Shown here piece by piece: positions 37,122-47,497 of a stretch of 64,000 nucleotides of DNA. The notes below the pieces were generated by a model. It ran no database searches, had not been told where the DNA came from, and saw nothing but the letters and a program-made list of their open reading frames with translations. Source of the DNA: a virus; IMG/VR virus record IMGVR_UViG_3300017714_003662, positions 3,945 to 67,944 of that record; one strand, given 5' to 3'. Each line of letters opens with the position of its first letter. Within the stretch, counting starts at the first letter, position 1. Made by a program: the position numbers and the translations under genes.

Positions 37122-38183
37122 TTATTTATCTTCTAGTTTTACTCTTTTTGTTTCACTTCTATAACCGCCATCGCCACATTCTAATTGACACATATTATTA
37201 AACATGTGAGAGTATTTCTCGTCTACAAAAGTTTTGTATAAAACATCTTTGTAGTATTCATGATTTATAATTTCTTCTACACTGTGTTTGAACACATTAT
37301 TCCAGTCTCTACCATACTTTTTTTGTAAATCTTTATAAAATTGATTAGCACCAGGAACTACATTTTCACTTGCATAGTAGCAACAAGGCCATAACTTTCC
37401 TGTTGAATCTATAAAAATTTGTTTCTTGTGTATCATGTAACAATTTATGTTTCTAGGATTATATTCTTTTTCTTTTTTAATTTTTTGTCTTTCCTTGATA
37501 TGATCATGTTCAAACTTTTTACTATGCTCTACAACTACTTCTGTTTTTTCTATTTTTTTTGTTTCTTTGTCTTTTTCAGTAATTAAACTTAGATAAGGCC
37601 GTGTATCTCTTGTTCCTTGTCTAAGTTCAAAAGGAATTTTTAGTCGCTTAGATATTTCATATGCTTCTTCAATGTCATTGTAGTTATGATCAAATACCAA
37701 GTATTGCCACGAACACTTACCACCTGTTTTGGCATAAGCAGTCATGTTTCTCATAACTGTTTTCCATTTAACATTTACTCTATATAGATGGTTACTTTTT
37801 TCTGTACCGTCAACACTAAATCTCACTAGCAATCTATGATCATGCTTATTACTAAGTTCTCCTAATGCTGTGAATGTTGCGGCTGTGTTTGCACCTGTAT
37901 TAGTTTCTAATACAATATCGCTACCTCCACTTAGTAGGTAATCACATATTTCAATAACTTGAGAATTCATCATAGCATCATCTACTGTTCCACCAAAGAA
38001 AAATTCAACATCAGGTCGTAGAAGTTCTTTTGGCACAATATCTTTGATGTGTTGTAAACTATATTCAAAATTATTTAGGGATTTAGGATCGTAGAATTGA
38101 CGATTGCATGCAGGACAAGCTGCATTACATTTATTGGTTAATTCAATATCTACTGCTGTGACTTCGGATAGTTTTAAATACAT
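37122..38183 (-). CDS. Radical SAM/SPASM protein
   Basis: CNAACPAC, SVDG, C-terminal C..LWPCCY..CQLECG. Confidence 0.92.
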   Translation of the reverse strand: MYLKLSEVTAVDIELTNKCNAACPACNRQFYDPKSLNNFEYSLQHIKDIVPKELLRPDVEFFFGGTVDDAMMNSQVIEICDYLLSGGSDIVLETNTGANTAATFTALGELSNKHDHRLLVRFSVDGTEKSNHLYRVNVKWKTVMRNMTAYAKTGGKCSWQYLVFDHNYNDIEEAYEISKRLKIPFELRQGTRDTRPYLSLITEKDKETKKIEKTEVVVEHSKKFEHDHIKERQKIKKEKEYNPRNINCYMIHKKQIFIDSTGKLWPCCYYASENVVPGANQFYKDLQKKYGRDWNNVFKHSVEEIINHEYYKDVLYKTFVDEKYSHMFNNMCQLECGDGGYRSETKRVKLEDK

Positions 38184-38195
38184 GCATATATTTAT

Positions 38196-38372
38196 TTAGA
38201 AGGGAATTTCGTCCTCATAATCAACAAATAATTCTTCTAATAAAATATCTACTTTTTGTATTATATCTGGTCCAAGATCTTTTGAAAATTCAGAAGCTTT
38301 TGAAGTGTAATCTGGCCAATCATCATTGATAAAATCATTATCACAACTCCAGCCTTCTCTTAATGTACTCAT
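38196..38372 (-). CDS. 58-aa acidic protein ending EDEIPF (below ORF-track cutoff)
   Basis: Manual translation MSTLREGWSCD...FVDYEDEIPF*, TGATG-coupled to upstream gene. Confidence 0.7.
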   Translation of the reverse strand: MSTLREGWSCDNDFINDDWPDYTSKASEFSKDLGPDIIQKVDILLEELFVDYEDEIPF

Positions 38373-38647
38373 CACTTTAACTCAGGAAACATTTGCTCAA
38401 TATAGTTTGTAACTATAGCACGTGTATCATTGTCTACAGTTCCCATTATATTTACTCCGTTTGCCTTTACTTCATTTTTAGCCAATTGTAGTAACTCACG
38501 TTTATTTAACTGTTGTACAGCATTAAGATTTACTACTTGATTTGAGACAGCATGGAGGATATATTTGCTAACATCATCAATGTCCATAGGGACTTCGATT
38601 TTAGCTTTAATACGCTTCACTCCGTCTTCATAAATTGTTGCTCTCAT
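38372..38647 (-). CDS. Hypothetical early protein
   Basis: Downstream of the early promoter at 38687-38715. Confidence 0.7.
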   Translation of the reverse strand: MRATIYEDGVKRIKAKIEVPMDIDDVSKYILHAVSNQVVNLNAVQQLNKRELLQLAKNEVKANGVNIMGTVDNDTRAIVTNYIEQMFPELK

Positions 38648-38686
38648 AATTCATACCATTACTTATTGTTGTTTACCAATATATAT

Positions 38687-38715
38687 AATATACAGGTAAG
38701 AACGCTTGATGTCAA
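38687..38715 (-). promoter_or_regulatory. Early sigma70-type promoter
   Basis: TTGACA-tcaagcgttcttacctg-TATATT. Confidence 0.7.
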
Positions 38716-38734
38716 CCATAAATGTTTGTTTTTT

Positions 38735-39976
38735 TTATAAATTTGCTATTTTATTTTGAAAATCAGCAAAATCTGTGCTATCTGCTGCAATTTGCTGTAA
38801 TTGATTTTTACTAATAAAATCTACTCCACTTCCTGATGAATTTAAAGTATCAGTTAGGTTTGTTGTAGTAGCTGGTGGTGGAAATACTATTGCTCCACTT
38901 TCTTGTAATCCTGTGTTACCTGGTGCAATTACAGATTCTACTGGTGCTCCAACACTTGATGCAATTTGCTGTTGTATAGGAGTATCTACTACACCAATGG
39001 GTTTGCCGCAATAATCATACACTGTTTCTTTGTTAGATAGTCCTACTGTTGGATCTGTTTTATTTTGTAGCATTGCAATCATATCATCTGTGAGTAGATA
39101 ATCAAAAATGTTTCTACCTTGCTCATCTACCTCATATGCGTTAAGTTGATCATATAATCCTTGCAATTGTGCAGCTAATGCACTTGCTTGTGAAAACGAC
39201 ATATTATCTGCATCAAATGCTAATCCAACATCTGTATGTGTTTCCTGTTGTCCTGGAGTAAATGTGCTTCCGCCGCTTGTATCTGTTGTTGCAAAATTAT
39301 TTTCAAAAGTAATTAAGTTTGATATATCGCTTTTAACACCATCAAGATCTGATTTAATTTGATCTCTTAAACTTTGAGGCATACCTGCTAAGTTATCAAA
39401 ATTATCACCTAACTGTTTCAAAAGACCGCCTGTGAATAAGTCTGGATTAAACTTTCCATCTGTACCTATACAGCCACCTATATCACTGCCTGCTATTGTT
39501 CCAAGTGTATCTAGTATACTTTTACCTGAACCTAAAAAACTACTCATACTATTCCGAAGCACATTAGGTATAGCTCTTGGTAAAACTGGTGTTCCACAGA
39601 AGTTAATCATATTAGCAATAGCTGCAAACTCAGCAATAGCACTGTTTAGCCTATTTAAAACATTATCAATATTTGTATGTGCAATAAATTCATCTAATGC
39701 AGTTTCTACTTGTGCTAAAGAATCCCTAATATCACTAGGAAGTGTTGGCTCTCCTAACAGCCTAGCAATATTAATTTTGAGACAAATTTGTAAGTTAGGA
39801 AGATTAATACCATTACCGCCGAGTAGACTACAAATAATTTCTTTCATACTAAAACTAGTTGTACCAACATTAATACCACCATCGCTTATAGTAGCATCGG
39901 TTGGAATATTTACAGTTGTTCTATTGATATAATCACTTGCACTTTGTAAACCATTTGTAAAATCTTCTATTGCCAT
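38735..39976 (-). CDS. Probable virion/baseplate-associated protein
   Basis: 413 aa, S/T/G-rich, directly after PAAR. Confidence 0.55.
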   Translation of the reverse strand: MAIEDFTNGLQSASDYINRTTVNIPTDATISDGGINVGTTSFSMKEIICSLLGGNGINLPNLQICLKINIARLLGEPTLPSDIRDSLAQVETALDEFIAHTNIDNVLNRLNSAIAEFAAIANMINFCGTPVLPRAIPNVLRNSMSSFLGSGKSILDTLGTIAGSDIGGCIGTDGKFNPDLFTGGLLKQLGDNFDNLAGMPQSLRDQIKSDLDGVKSDISNLITFENNFATTDTSGGSTFTPGQQETHTDVGLAFDADNMSFSQASALAAQLQGLYDQLNAYEVDEQGRNIFDYLLTDDMIAMLQNKTDPTVGLSNKETVYDYCGKPIGVVDTPIQQQIASSVGAPVESVIAPGNTGLQESGAIVFPPPATTTNLTDTLNSSGSGVDFISKNQLQQIAADSTDFADFQNKIANL

Positions 39977-39977
39977 A

Positions 39978-40265
39978 TTATCCGCCTATAAAAACATTCC
40001 CACTTGCACCTGTTGCACCTGGATTACAATGCGGTCCGCCTGGAAGAGGACATAGACCATCGGGTGCAGCACTGTTGCCTTGTATAACAACAAGAATATT
40101 ACCTACAAACACGTTTGGATTGGAAGCATTTAATGATCCTCCACCATGTGAATTAGGATTACCGTCAACTGATGCTAGCCTATTATTTACAAAGACATTA
40201 GGATTACTAGCAATAGTAGCCGCTCCACAACTTCTTGAATCTCTGTCTCTATGAACTCCTGGCAT
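39978..40265 (-). CDS. PAAR-repeat spike tip protein
   Basis: CGA..SNPNVFVN repeats, HC, ASGNVFIG. Confidence 0.88.
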   Translation of the reverse strand: MPGVHRDRDSRSCGAATIASNPNVFVNNRLASVDGNPNSHGGGSLNASNPNVFVGNILVVIQGNSAAPDGLCPLPGGPHCNPGATGASGNVFIGG

Positions 40266-40555
40266 TATACTGTTTGTATTCCTGTTGTTGCTTTAATATA
40301 CATGTCAGCCGCATCTTTGACTGTTTTAACTACACATATAATATTATTTAGCGAAAATTCAAACTTAGCATCTGGGTCTACTGTAAACATAAATGGTGCT
40401 AGTCCTGCTCCATTTTCACCTGCTACTAACATTAATGGTTTTTTAACAATAATAGCATTATCTTTTATTTCTTCAAGTCTGCAGACAGTTTCTTCGCCAC
40501 TGCTTAGTTTTACGCTTACTACATCGCCTACTGTGTATGGTGCTTGTATTAACAT
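40265..40555 (-). CDS. Sm-like/SH3-fold conserved phage protein
   Basis: VVSVKLSSGEET..KKPL..LAPFM, YIKATTGI. Confidence 0.6.
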   Translation of the reverse strand: MLIQAPYTVGDVVSVKLSSGEETVCRLEEIKDNAIIVKKPLMLVAGENGAGLAPFMFTVDPDAKFEFSLNNIICVVKTVKDAADMYIKATTGIQTV

Positions 40556-40809
40556 TATAAAGTGTGTCCTGTTCCGTTATAGTTTGTATCTTCAATGTAT
40601 TTTATAAATTGTTCGTATCCGCCAACTGATTTGCCGTGTACTTTTATTTGAGGGAATGTTCTTGCATTTGGAAAGTTTTTAAAAACTTCTTCTCTATCAA
40701 AGTCTTGCCCAAGTTGTTTATATTCAAAGTTGAAAGACCTTGATTCGCATAATGCTTTCGCTTTCATACAGGAAGGGCAAGCAGGCTTACCCCAGATTTC
40801 TATACTCAT
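40555..40809 (-). CDS. Glutaredoxin
   Basis: CPSC, RTFPQI, VGGY; adjacent to nrdB. Confidence 0.92.
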   Translation of the reverse strand: MSIEIWGKPACPSCMKAKALCESRSFNFEYKQLGQDFDREEVFKNFPNARTFPQIKVHGKSVGGYEQFIKYIEDTNYNGTGHTL

Positions 40810-41933
40810 AAACTAAATCCTTTAAATGTATCTTCGCCTACATCCTGTTTTGTTCCACCAATTACATAGCTACTAATTTCTGTTTCTTGAGGTGCTACTT
40901 GCACTTCTGCTCCACTGATCCATTTTTGTGTCCATGGAAGTGGATTAGCTTGTGGTGTTTTATATGGACAAGCAACGCCAAGTGCAGTCATACGCTTGTT
41001 ACAAATCCATTCAATATAATCATGTAGGAGTTGAGCATTTAGACCAATCATACTACCATCTCTAAAAAGATAGTTTGCCCATTCTTTTTCTTGCTCTACT
41101 GCCTCTACAAACATTTCTTCTACTTCTTGTTCACATTCTATAGCAATTTCTGCAAACTCAGGATCTTCTTTTGTTAATACTTTTGAAAGAAGATACTGTG
41201 TGCTTGCTAAGTGTAAATTTTCATCACGTGCAATAAACTTAATAATTTTTGCATTGCCTTCCATTTTCTTAAGTTCAGCAAAAGCCCAACTACAAGCAAA
41301 TGAAACATAAAAACGAACACCTTCTAGTACATTAACACTATTTAAACATAACCAAATTTTCTTTTTTAGCTCACGCTTGCTAATAGTTACTGTCTTACCA
41401 TTTACTTTGTGTTTACCTTCACCTAATAATTTATAGTATTGAGAATACTCAATAAGATCATCGTAATACTTCGAAATATCACCTGCACATTCTACAATTT
41501 CTTTACTATCCAACAGTTCATCAAACACTATCGAAGGATCGCTATAAATGTTACGAATAATATGTGTATAGCTACGTGAATGAATTGTTTCACTAAATGT
41601 CCATGTAATAATCCAATTCTCTAATTCTGGTAAACTAGTAAGATTACCAAAACTTTCTGCTGGCGCGCGACCTTGTACACTATCAAGTAAAATTTGTCTT
41701 TTTAGATTACTTGTAAAAATATGTTGCTCGTGGTCTGTAAGATCTTTAAAATCTTTAGAATCTTTACTTACATCAACTTCTTCTGGTCTCCAGAAAAAAC
41801 CAAGCTGTTTATCTGTCAGCTTATCCAATTGTTTGTATTTTACTACATCATATCTTTGCATTCCTAATCCCTCGTCTAGGAACGCCATGTTTTCTGTATG
41901 ATGTTTTGTTGCTTCTGTGTTTAAAACTGACAT
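40806..41933 (-). CDS. nrdB: Ribonucleotide reductase class Ia beta subunit
   Basis: FFWRPEE, LLDSVQGR, ETIHSRSY, LEGVRFYVSF, DENLH, VAPQE. Confidence 0.97.
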   Translation of the reverse strand: MSVLNTEATKHHTENMAFLDEGLGMQRYDVVKYKQLDKLTDKQLGFFWRPEEVDVSKDSKDFKDLTDHEQHIFTSNLKRQILLDSVQGRAPAESFGNLTSLPELENWIITWTFSETIHSRSYTHIIRNIYSDPSIVFDELLDSKEIVECAGDISKYYDDLIEYSQYYKLLGEGKHKVNGKTVTISKRELKKKIWLCLNSVNVLEGVRFYVSFACSWAFAELKKMEGNAKIIKFIARDENLHLASTQYLLSKVLTKEDPEFAEIAIECEQEVEEMFVEAVEQEKEWANYLFRDGSMIGLNAQLLHDYIEWICNKRMTALGVACPYKTPQANPLPWTQKWISGAEVQVAPQETEISSYVIGGTKQDVGEDTFKGFSL

Positions 41934-41934
41934 T

Positions 41935-42552
41935 TTAATTTCCTTCTATACTATTTAATAGAGATGGTATATCTATATACCGTTTATTATATATATCTTT
42001 ATCTTGAGTTTGTGTTTCTAATGTTTCTTTTGAATGTATTTCTTGACTTTCAGATATGCATATATGTCTAATATTAGATGCATTTTCCATACGAGTAATA
42101 ATTTCATCAATTTTTTTATTATGTCCTTCAGTATCCCATTCTTGATCCATTCTTCTTTTTGTATGAATTTCAACTTCATGTGTGTTTGGCGATGATAATA
42201 TGATATCTATAATTTTATCGTACATAGAAGAATTTATTGCAAAGTCTTCATAACCTTTTATCCAATCTGTCATCCACCACGATGCATTACTAATATGTAT
42301 AGTTTTTGATCTAGTTGATAAGTTTTTTTCTAAAGCTGATAGTATTTTTTCATAATCTTCTTTTGGCGATTGACTAAAAACTTTGATATCATAATAATCT
42401 AAGTAATTAGGATCATTAAAGAATTTATCTTTTAAATCATCTCTAATGACTTCATCATCGTTGCATTCTCTAAAGAATTGTAAATCATATGTTCTTGTAG
42501 GCCAGTTTTGTTTAATACATACCTGATGTACCTCTTTCGAATTCTTACTCAT
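41935..42552 (-). CDS. Hypothetical protein inserted between nrdA and nrdB
   Basis: 205 aa, ATGA-coupled to nrdA; no homing nuclease motif seen. Confidence 0.65.
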   Translation of the reverse strand: MSKNSKEVHQVCIKQNWPTRTYDLQFFRECNDDEVIRDDLKDKFFNDPNYLDYYDIKVFSQSPKEDYEKILSALEKNLSTRSKTIHISNASWWMTDWIKGYEDFAINSSMYDKIIDIILSSPNTHEVEIHTKRRMDQEWDTEGHNKKIDEIITRMENASNIRHICISESQEIHSKETLETQTQDKDIYNKRYIDIPSLLNSIEGN

Positions 42553-44852
42553 ATTACACAGCTCTCACAATCTTCATCGTCTACTGCACCTTGTTCAAGT
42601 GGTTCATCATCTTTGAATTCAATTTCGCCTTGTCCGTCATATGTATTAAAATAGTAAAGTTGCTTGCCGCCATATTTGTAAAACATAATAAGGTGTTGCA
42701 ACATTACACTCATAGGAATTTTTTCATCTTCGTAAAATTCTGGATTGTAACTAGTGTTTACACTAATACCTTGATCAATATATTTTTGTAACACTGCCAT
42801 TATTTTTAAATAACCTTCTGGACTTTTCTGTGTCCATAGCAGATCATATTTATTTTTTAAACGTGAATATTGTGGAACTACTTGTTTTAGCACACCATGT
42901 TTACTTTGTTTAACACTTACAAATGCACGTGGTGGTTCAATACCATTTGTGCTATTTGAAATTTGTGCTGATGTTTCTGCTGGCATAAGTGCCATTAGTG
43001 TGCTATTACGAATACCAGTTTCTTTTAGTTGTTCACGTAGACTTTTCCAATCTTGCCTCTCTACGTGAGGAACAAGTTCATCTACTTCAGTTTTATATGT
43101 TTGATTAGGAGTAATTCCATTTCCATATTTTGTTTCAGATATACCTTCTATATTACCTTTTTCTACAGCTAGATCTGCACTTGCTTTAATTAAATAATAA
43201 CTCCATGCTTCTGTCCATTCGTCTACCATTTCTAATCCATGTGCATCTATGTCTTGATAATTTAAATCATTTTTAGCAAGCCAAAATGCAAAATTAATAA
43301 TACCAACACCTAATGGGCGTCTTTTCATTGTGCTTAGTTCAGCTGCAATTATTGGATACTGTTGATAATCTAATAATGCATCCAACGCACGTACCGCAAG
43401 AGTACATGGTTTTTCAAAATCTTCTGGCTTTTTAATATTGCCCCAATTAATAGCACTCAATGTGCATAAACTAATTTCACCATCAGGATCGTTAAAATTA
43501 TTTAAAGGCTTTGTAGGAAGATTAATTTCACAGCAAAGATTACTTTGCCTAATTGGAGCTGTCTGTTCATCAAATGCGCCATGCATATTAGCATGATCAA
43601 CATTCATTAGATAAATTCTTCCAGTGTTTTTTCTTTCTTCCATAAAAATAGCAAAAAGTTCACTTGCTGAAATTGATTTTTTTCTAATACGTGTATTGCG
43701 TTCTGCTGTTTCATATAGCTCTTTGAACTTGTCTTGATCATTAAAAAATGCTTCATACAAACCAGGAACATCGCTAGGAGAAAACAGTGTAATGTTACCT
43801 CCAGTAAGTAAACGTTCATACATTAGTTTGTTAAATTGCACACCATAATCTAAATGACGAACACGATTATCTTCTGTACCTTTGTTGTTTTTTAGAACTA
43901 AAATATCTTCTGCTTCTAAATGCCAAATAGGATAATACAATGTTGCTGCTCCACCACGTACACCACCTTGGCTACATGATTTCACTGCACTTTGAAACAT
44001 TTTATAAAACGGAATAACACCTGTATGGCTTGTATCTCCGTTACGCACAGGAGACCCTATAGCACGTATTGCACCGGCATTTACGCCAATACCTGCTTTT
44101 TGGCTTACGTACTTGACAATAGATGCACTAGTTGCGTTAATACTATCCAAACTATCATCGCTTTCAATAAGAACGCAACTACTGAACTGGCGTTGCGGCG
44201 TCCTGAGTCCAGCCATAATAGGAGTAGGCAAACTAATATCAAAGTTACTGATAGCATCATAAAAGTCCTTTACATATTTTAAACGTGTTTCTTTGGAATA
44301 ATTTTGGAACAGTGTTGCAGAAATCATCATGTATGCAATTTGTGGTGTTTCAAATATTTCACCTGTGACTCTATTTTGCACAAGATACTTTCCACGAAAC
44401 TGTTCCATACCTACATACGAAATGTTTTCATCTCTGTCATGGTTAATATAACTATTAAGTTTATCAATTTCTTCTTCGCTATAAACGGAGAAAAAACTTT
44501 CATCGTAATAACCCATCTCCATATTTTTACGTGCAAGATCATTTAAATGATAAGGCTCAAATCCATCATAAACTTGTTTACGTAATTGATAGTTAATTAA
44601 CCGACCTGCCACCCATTGGTAGTTTGGTGTTTCTTCGCTTATAAGATCAGCGGCACTTTTAATAAGTGTTTCTTGAATATCTTTTGTACTAATACCATTA
44701 TAAAACTGTAAGCTACTTTTAATTTCTACTTCACTTGCACTCACGCCTGTAATATCTTCACAAGCATGATATACCACCTGATGCATTTTTTCTAGATCTA
44801 GTTCTTCGGGTGCACCATCCCGTTTTGTTACTGATATATCTTTTTTGTTCAT
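42549..44852 (-). CDS. nrdA: Ribonucleotide reductase class Ia alpha subunit with ATP cone
   Basis: VTKRDG, QFSSC, CSQGGVRGG, SNLCCEI, LCTLSA, MPAETS, C-terminal CESC. Confidence 0.98.
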   Translation of the reverse strand: MNKKDISVTKRDGAPEELDLEKMHQVVYHACEDITGVSASEVEIKSSLQFYNGISTKDIQETLIKSAADLISEETPNYQWVAGRLINYQLRKQVYDGFEPYHLNDLARKNMEMGYYDESFFSVYSEEEIDKLNSYINHDRDENISYVGMEQFRGKYLVQNRVTGEIFETPQIAYMMISATLFQNYSKETRLKYVKDFYDAISNFDISLPTPIMAGLRTPQRQFSSCVLIESDDSLDSINATSASIVKYVSQKAGIGVNAGAIRAIGSPVRNGDTSHTGVIPFYKMFQSAVKSCSQGGVRGGAATLYYPIWHLEAEDILVLKNNKGTEDNRVRHLDYGVQFNKLMYERLLTGGNITLFSPSDVPGLYEAFFNDQDKFKELYETAERNTRIRKKSISASELFAIFMEERKNTGRIYLMNVDHANMHGAFDEQTAPIRQSNLCCEINLPTKPLNNFNDPDGEISLCTLSAINWGNIKKPEDFEKPCTLAVRALDALLDYQQYPIIAAELSTMKRRPLGVGIINFAFWLAKNDLNYQDIDAHGLEMVDEWTEAWSYYLIKASADLAVEKGNIEGISETKYGNGITPNQTYKTEVDELVPHVERQDWKSLREQLKETGIRNSTLMALMPAETSAQISNSTNGIEPPRAFVSVKQSKHGVLKQVVPQYSRLKNKYDLLWTQKSPEGYLKIMAVLQKYIDQGISVNTSYNPEFYEDEKIPMSVMLQHLIMFYKYGGKQLYYFNTYDGQGEIEFKDDEPLEQGAVDDEDCESCVI

Positions 44853-44909
44853 TGTTTACCTATTTGTTTTCAACTCGTCATATATTTAACCGGCTAGTTG
44901 ATGTAAAAA

Positions 44910-45344
44910 CTATTTGGTTAACTCATTTGTGGCATATTTTTCTAATACTTGGCAATTATTTAGAACGCTCAGGTCTTCTACCTTACCATAAGTATAGTTT
45001 AAAATATATCTATCGTCAACCAAAACTATTAGTCTTATCCAACTTTCTTCTTGATTTTGCACCAGTAATACTTCACACTCCCAGTCTATTAAATGCAAAG
45101 TAAAAGCTATTCCTAGCGCAATACTATTTTCGTCTAATTCGTTGTTGTAGATGAGTTGCCAAGGATCTGGCCAGGATTCTATATCGTAAATATCCAACTC
45201 TCTACTACCAACTGGAGCTGATTTCCACCAATCAACCACTGTTTGTAGACAGTCTTCCTCGTATTCAATATTGTCTAACTGCAATCTAAATTCACGCCAA
45301 AGTTTGAGTCTTATCTTAGGCGCTTGCTGCCAAACATTGTCCAT
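44910..45344 (-). CDS. Conserved hypothetical phage protein
   Basis: RLKLWREFR, WPDPWQLI. Confidence 0.7.
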   Translation of the reverse strand: MDNVWQQAPKIRLKLWREFRLQLDNIEYEEDCLQTVVDWWKSAPVGSRELDIYDIESWPDPWQLIYNNELDENSIALGIAFTLHLIDWECEVLLVQNQEESWIRLIVLVDDRYILNYTYGKVEDLSVLNNCQVLEKYATNELTK

Positions 45345-45345
45345 T

Positions 45346-46080
45346 TTAAACTATAGGACGTTTTGCAAAACTTGTTTGTTTATAAGTAAATCCATGATCT
45401 TCTGAGCTAGTAGTATTAAACATAAGTTTACCTGCATTAATACTAAAAACAAGATCACTTGTGCCTGTTTGGTCATAAGTGTCTGTAATTGTTGCATCAG
45501 GTGACATACTAGGATTTACACTAATACGTAGTTGACCATTACGTGACATGGTATTTGTATATAGATAGTATTCTATAGACACACTATTTTTTACATTAGA
45601 ATCAAACGAAATACTAGTGGCTTCCGGATCAGTATCTGCTGGCGTTTTTTGAAACTGCACATATTGAACAGATGTTTTGCTACCTTCATTTGTTGTATTA
45701 TTTGTAAGCTCTTCATTAATTTTTATTTTATATACAGCCGCATTTGCAGCCGCTGCGTTTGCTAATCCATGAGAAATAGTTACAAGAGTATCTTCAATAT
45801 CAATGTTAGCTTGTGTTACTTCAACATCATCGATAAAAATTTTATAAGAATTTACATTTACATTGTCAAGATCAATAGGAATAGAATTTCCATTTAGGTT
45901 AACATCAAATGTAACAAATACTAACGTATCAGTTGTATCCGAACTATTAAAAGTTCCTGTGATTGGCTCGGTGCCTACAAACACTCTATTTTCGTCTGAT
46001 GCTAAGCCTAGCTCGCCAGCATCTAAAATTGGCATCTGTGATATAGGACCACGTCTAATTTGTGATTTTACAATAGTCAT
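45346..46080 (-). CDS. Virion fiber/collar-like protein
   Basis: QIRRG..LDAGELGLASDENRVFVG, the N-terminal motif of Mtd/hyaluronidase-type fibers. Confidence 0.7.
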   Translation of the reverse strand: MTIVKSQIRRGPISQMPILDAGELGLASDENRVFVGTEPITGTFNSSDTTDTLVFVTFDVNLNGNSIPIDLDNVNVNSYKIFIDDVEVTQANIDIEDTLVTISHGLANAAAANAAVYKIKINEELTNNTTNEGSKTSVQYVQFQKTPADTDPEATSISFDSNVKNSVSIEYYLYTNTMSRNGQLRISVNPSMSPDATITDTYDQTGTSDLVFSINAGKLMFNTTSSEDHGFTYKQTSFAKRPIV

Positions 46081-46106
46081 AATTTGTCTCCGCTATAACG
46101 TATTTA

Positions 46107-46793
46107 TCATTTATCGTAATATTCGAATAATCTTACAGCCCATTTATATTCCCAAGTTTTAAATTCTTCAGCATCAACCTCAAACAACTGCCATTCGCAA
46201 TCTCCACTACACATAAAGATAGCTACGTTTTCAATTTTAGTTTCAAACATTTCATTATGTGCATTTGCATATGCAGCACCCTGAAGGAAATAGTCTTCAA
46301 TCCATTCACGCTTTTTAGGTTTATTAGTTTGTTTAAAGTCCATGATAGTTGGTTTACCTTTGTACATACCAACCAAGTCTGTTGTACCAGCATACAAATT
46401 AGCAGAACACAAGTTTACTTCTGTTCCCCATATTTCATCAACATCATTTTGAATATTATCCACAACAACTTGTGCCATAGCTTTTGCTTGTCTATGAACA
46501 ATGTTATTGCCTGGATTGTATGTTTCGTATTCACCCAATGCCCAATGTTCTAATATATTGTGCATAACTGTGCCTCTATTAGCAGCAGTAGTTGTAATAC
46601 GTTGTGCTTCTTCTTTGCCAACTCTTTTTTTCCAGTTAGCGAGTGCCTTACGTTTTTCAGCAGGCTTTGTTGCATCAAGAATAGTGGTAACACTTGGAAC
46701 AGGATCGCCCCAAGGATTCTCATATAAACGTTTCCCGTCTACACTTTGTCTTTTGAGTTCTTGATAATTATAGGGATTTGTAAGTTTTACCAT
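46107..46793 (-). CDS. PD-(D/E)XK exonuclease
   Basis: PSVTTIL, RGTVMH, YAGTTD, IMDFKQ, FLQGAAYA. Confidence 0.9.
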   Translation of the reverse strand: MVKLTNPYNYQELKRQSVDGKRLYENPWGDPVPSVTTILDATKPAEKRKALANWKKRVGKEEAQRITTTAANRGTVMHNILEHWALGEYETYNPGNNIVHRQAKAMAQVVVDNIQNDVDEIWGTEVNLCSANLYAGTTDLVGMYKGKPTIMDFKQTNKPKKREWIEDYFLQGAAYANAHNEMFETKIENVAIFMCSGDCEWQLFEVDAEEFKTWEYKWAVRLFEYYDK

Positions 46794-46834
46794 AATACTA
46801 TTGTATATGAAAATACAATAAAGTCAATTGGTTT

Positions 46835-47173
46835 TTACCAGTAAACGTGCCACTTAAATGTTGTGTTAGTGCTAGTATTTGTTACACGATCAATTTTGTA
46901 ACCTAAATTTACAAAGTGTCGCATAACATTTTCCATTTGTGAGATTAATGCTCTGCTTTGGTAGGTGCCTTGCCATGCCTGGAAATAATATTCACTATCA
47001 CTGGTTGTTGGGGTACTGGCTGTCATAGTAGTATCATCATCAATAAATGCTTCAAATGCACCTGTTGCGCTTTCAGTTATAACTTTTTTCATAATTGCAT
47101 AAACTTCTTCAAATACAATTAAATCTGCATTTGCTTTTGCTCTTGCTTGTGCTGCGTTTAAACCAAAACTCAT
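46835..47173 (-). CDS. Hypothetical (probable virion) protein
   Basis: Late operon, ATGA-coupled. Confidence 0.65.
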   Translation of the reverse strand: MSFGLNAAQARAKANADLIVFEEVYAIMKKVITESATGAFEAFIDDDTTMTASTPTTSDSEYYFQAWQGTYQSRALISQMENVMRHFVNLGYKIDRVTNTSTNTTFKWHVYW

Positions 47174-47496
47174 TTGCTTAACTCTTTCTTAACCTTTTTA
47201 CGAGCCATCTTGTCGATAACCTTTTCGTCCTTTTCAGGATCTTGTATATTTTGTATGTTAGCATTTTTACTTGATGTATGAAAGCTAACTATACCATCTT
47301 TGATATTATGAACCATTGGAATTTCTTGTAATTCATCAAATAAACTTGGTTCATCAACATCGTGTCCTTGTGACTCTAGCTCTGCTATTAGTGCTTCCAT
47401 ACTGATAGTATCAATACCTTCTGCACTTAGTACAATAAGTAAATCTACAACAGCATTGTCAATTTCACTATATTCAAACAGATCACTAAATCTCAT
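47170..47496 (-). CDS. Hypothetical (probable head-associated) protein
   Basis: MRFSDLFE N-terminus. Confidence 0.65.
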   Translation of the reverse strand: MRFSDLFEYSEIDNAVVDLLIVLSAEGIDTISMEALIAELESQGHDVDEPSLFDELQEIPMVHNIKDGIVSFHTSSKNANIQNIQDPEKDEKVIDKMARKKVKKELSK

Positions 47497-47497
47497 T

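Noticed and set aside
41935-42552. Homing endonuclease between nrdA and nrdB
   Set aside because: No HNH, GIY-YIG or LAGLIDADG motif recognisable.
46107-46793. Cas4 call for the PD-(D/E)XK nuclease
   Set aside because: Lacks the Fe-S cysteine set; matches the common phage exonuclease type.
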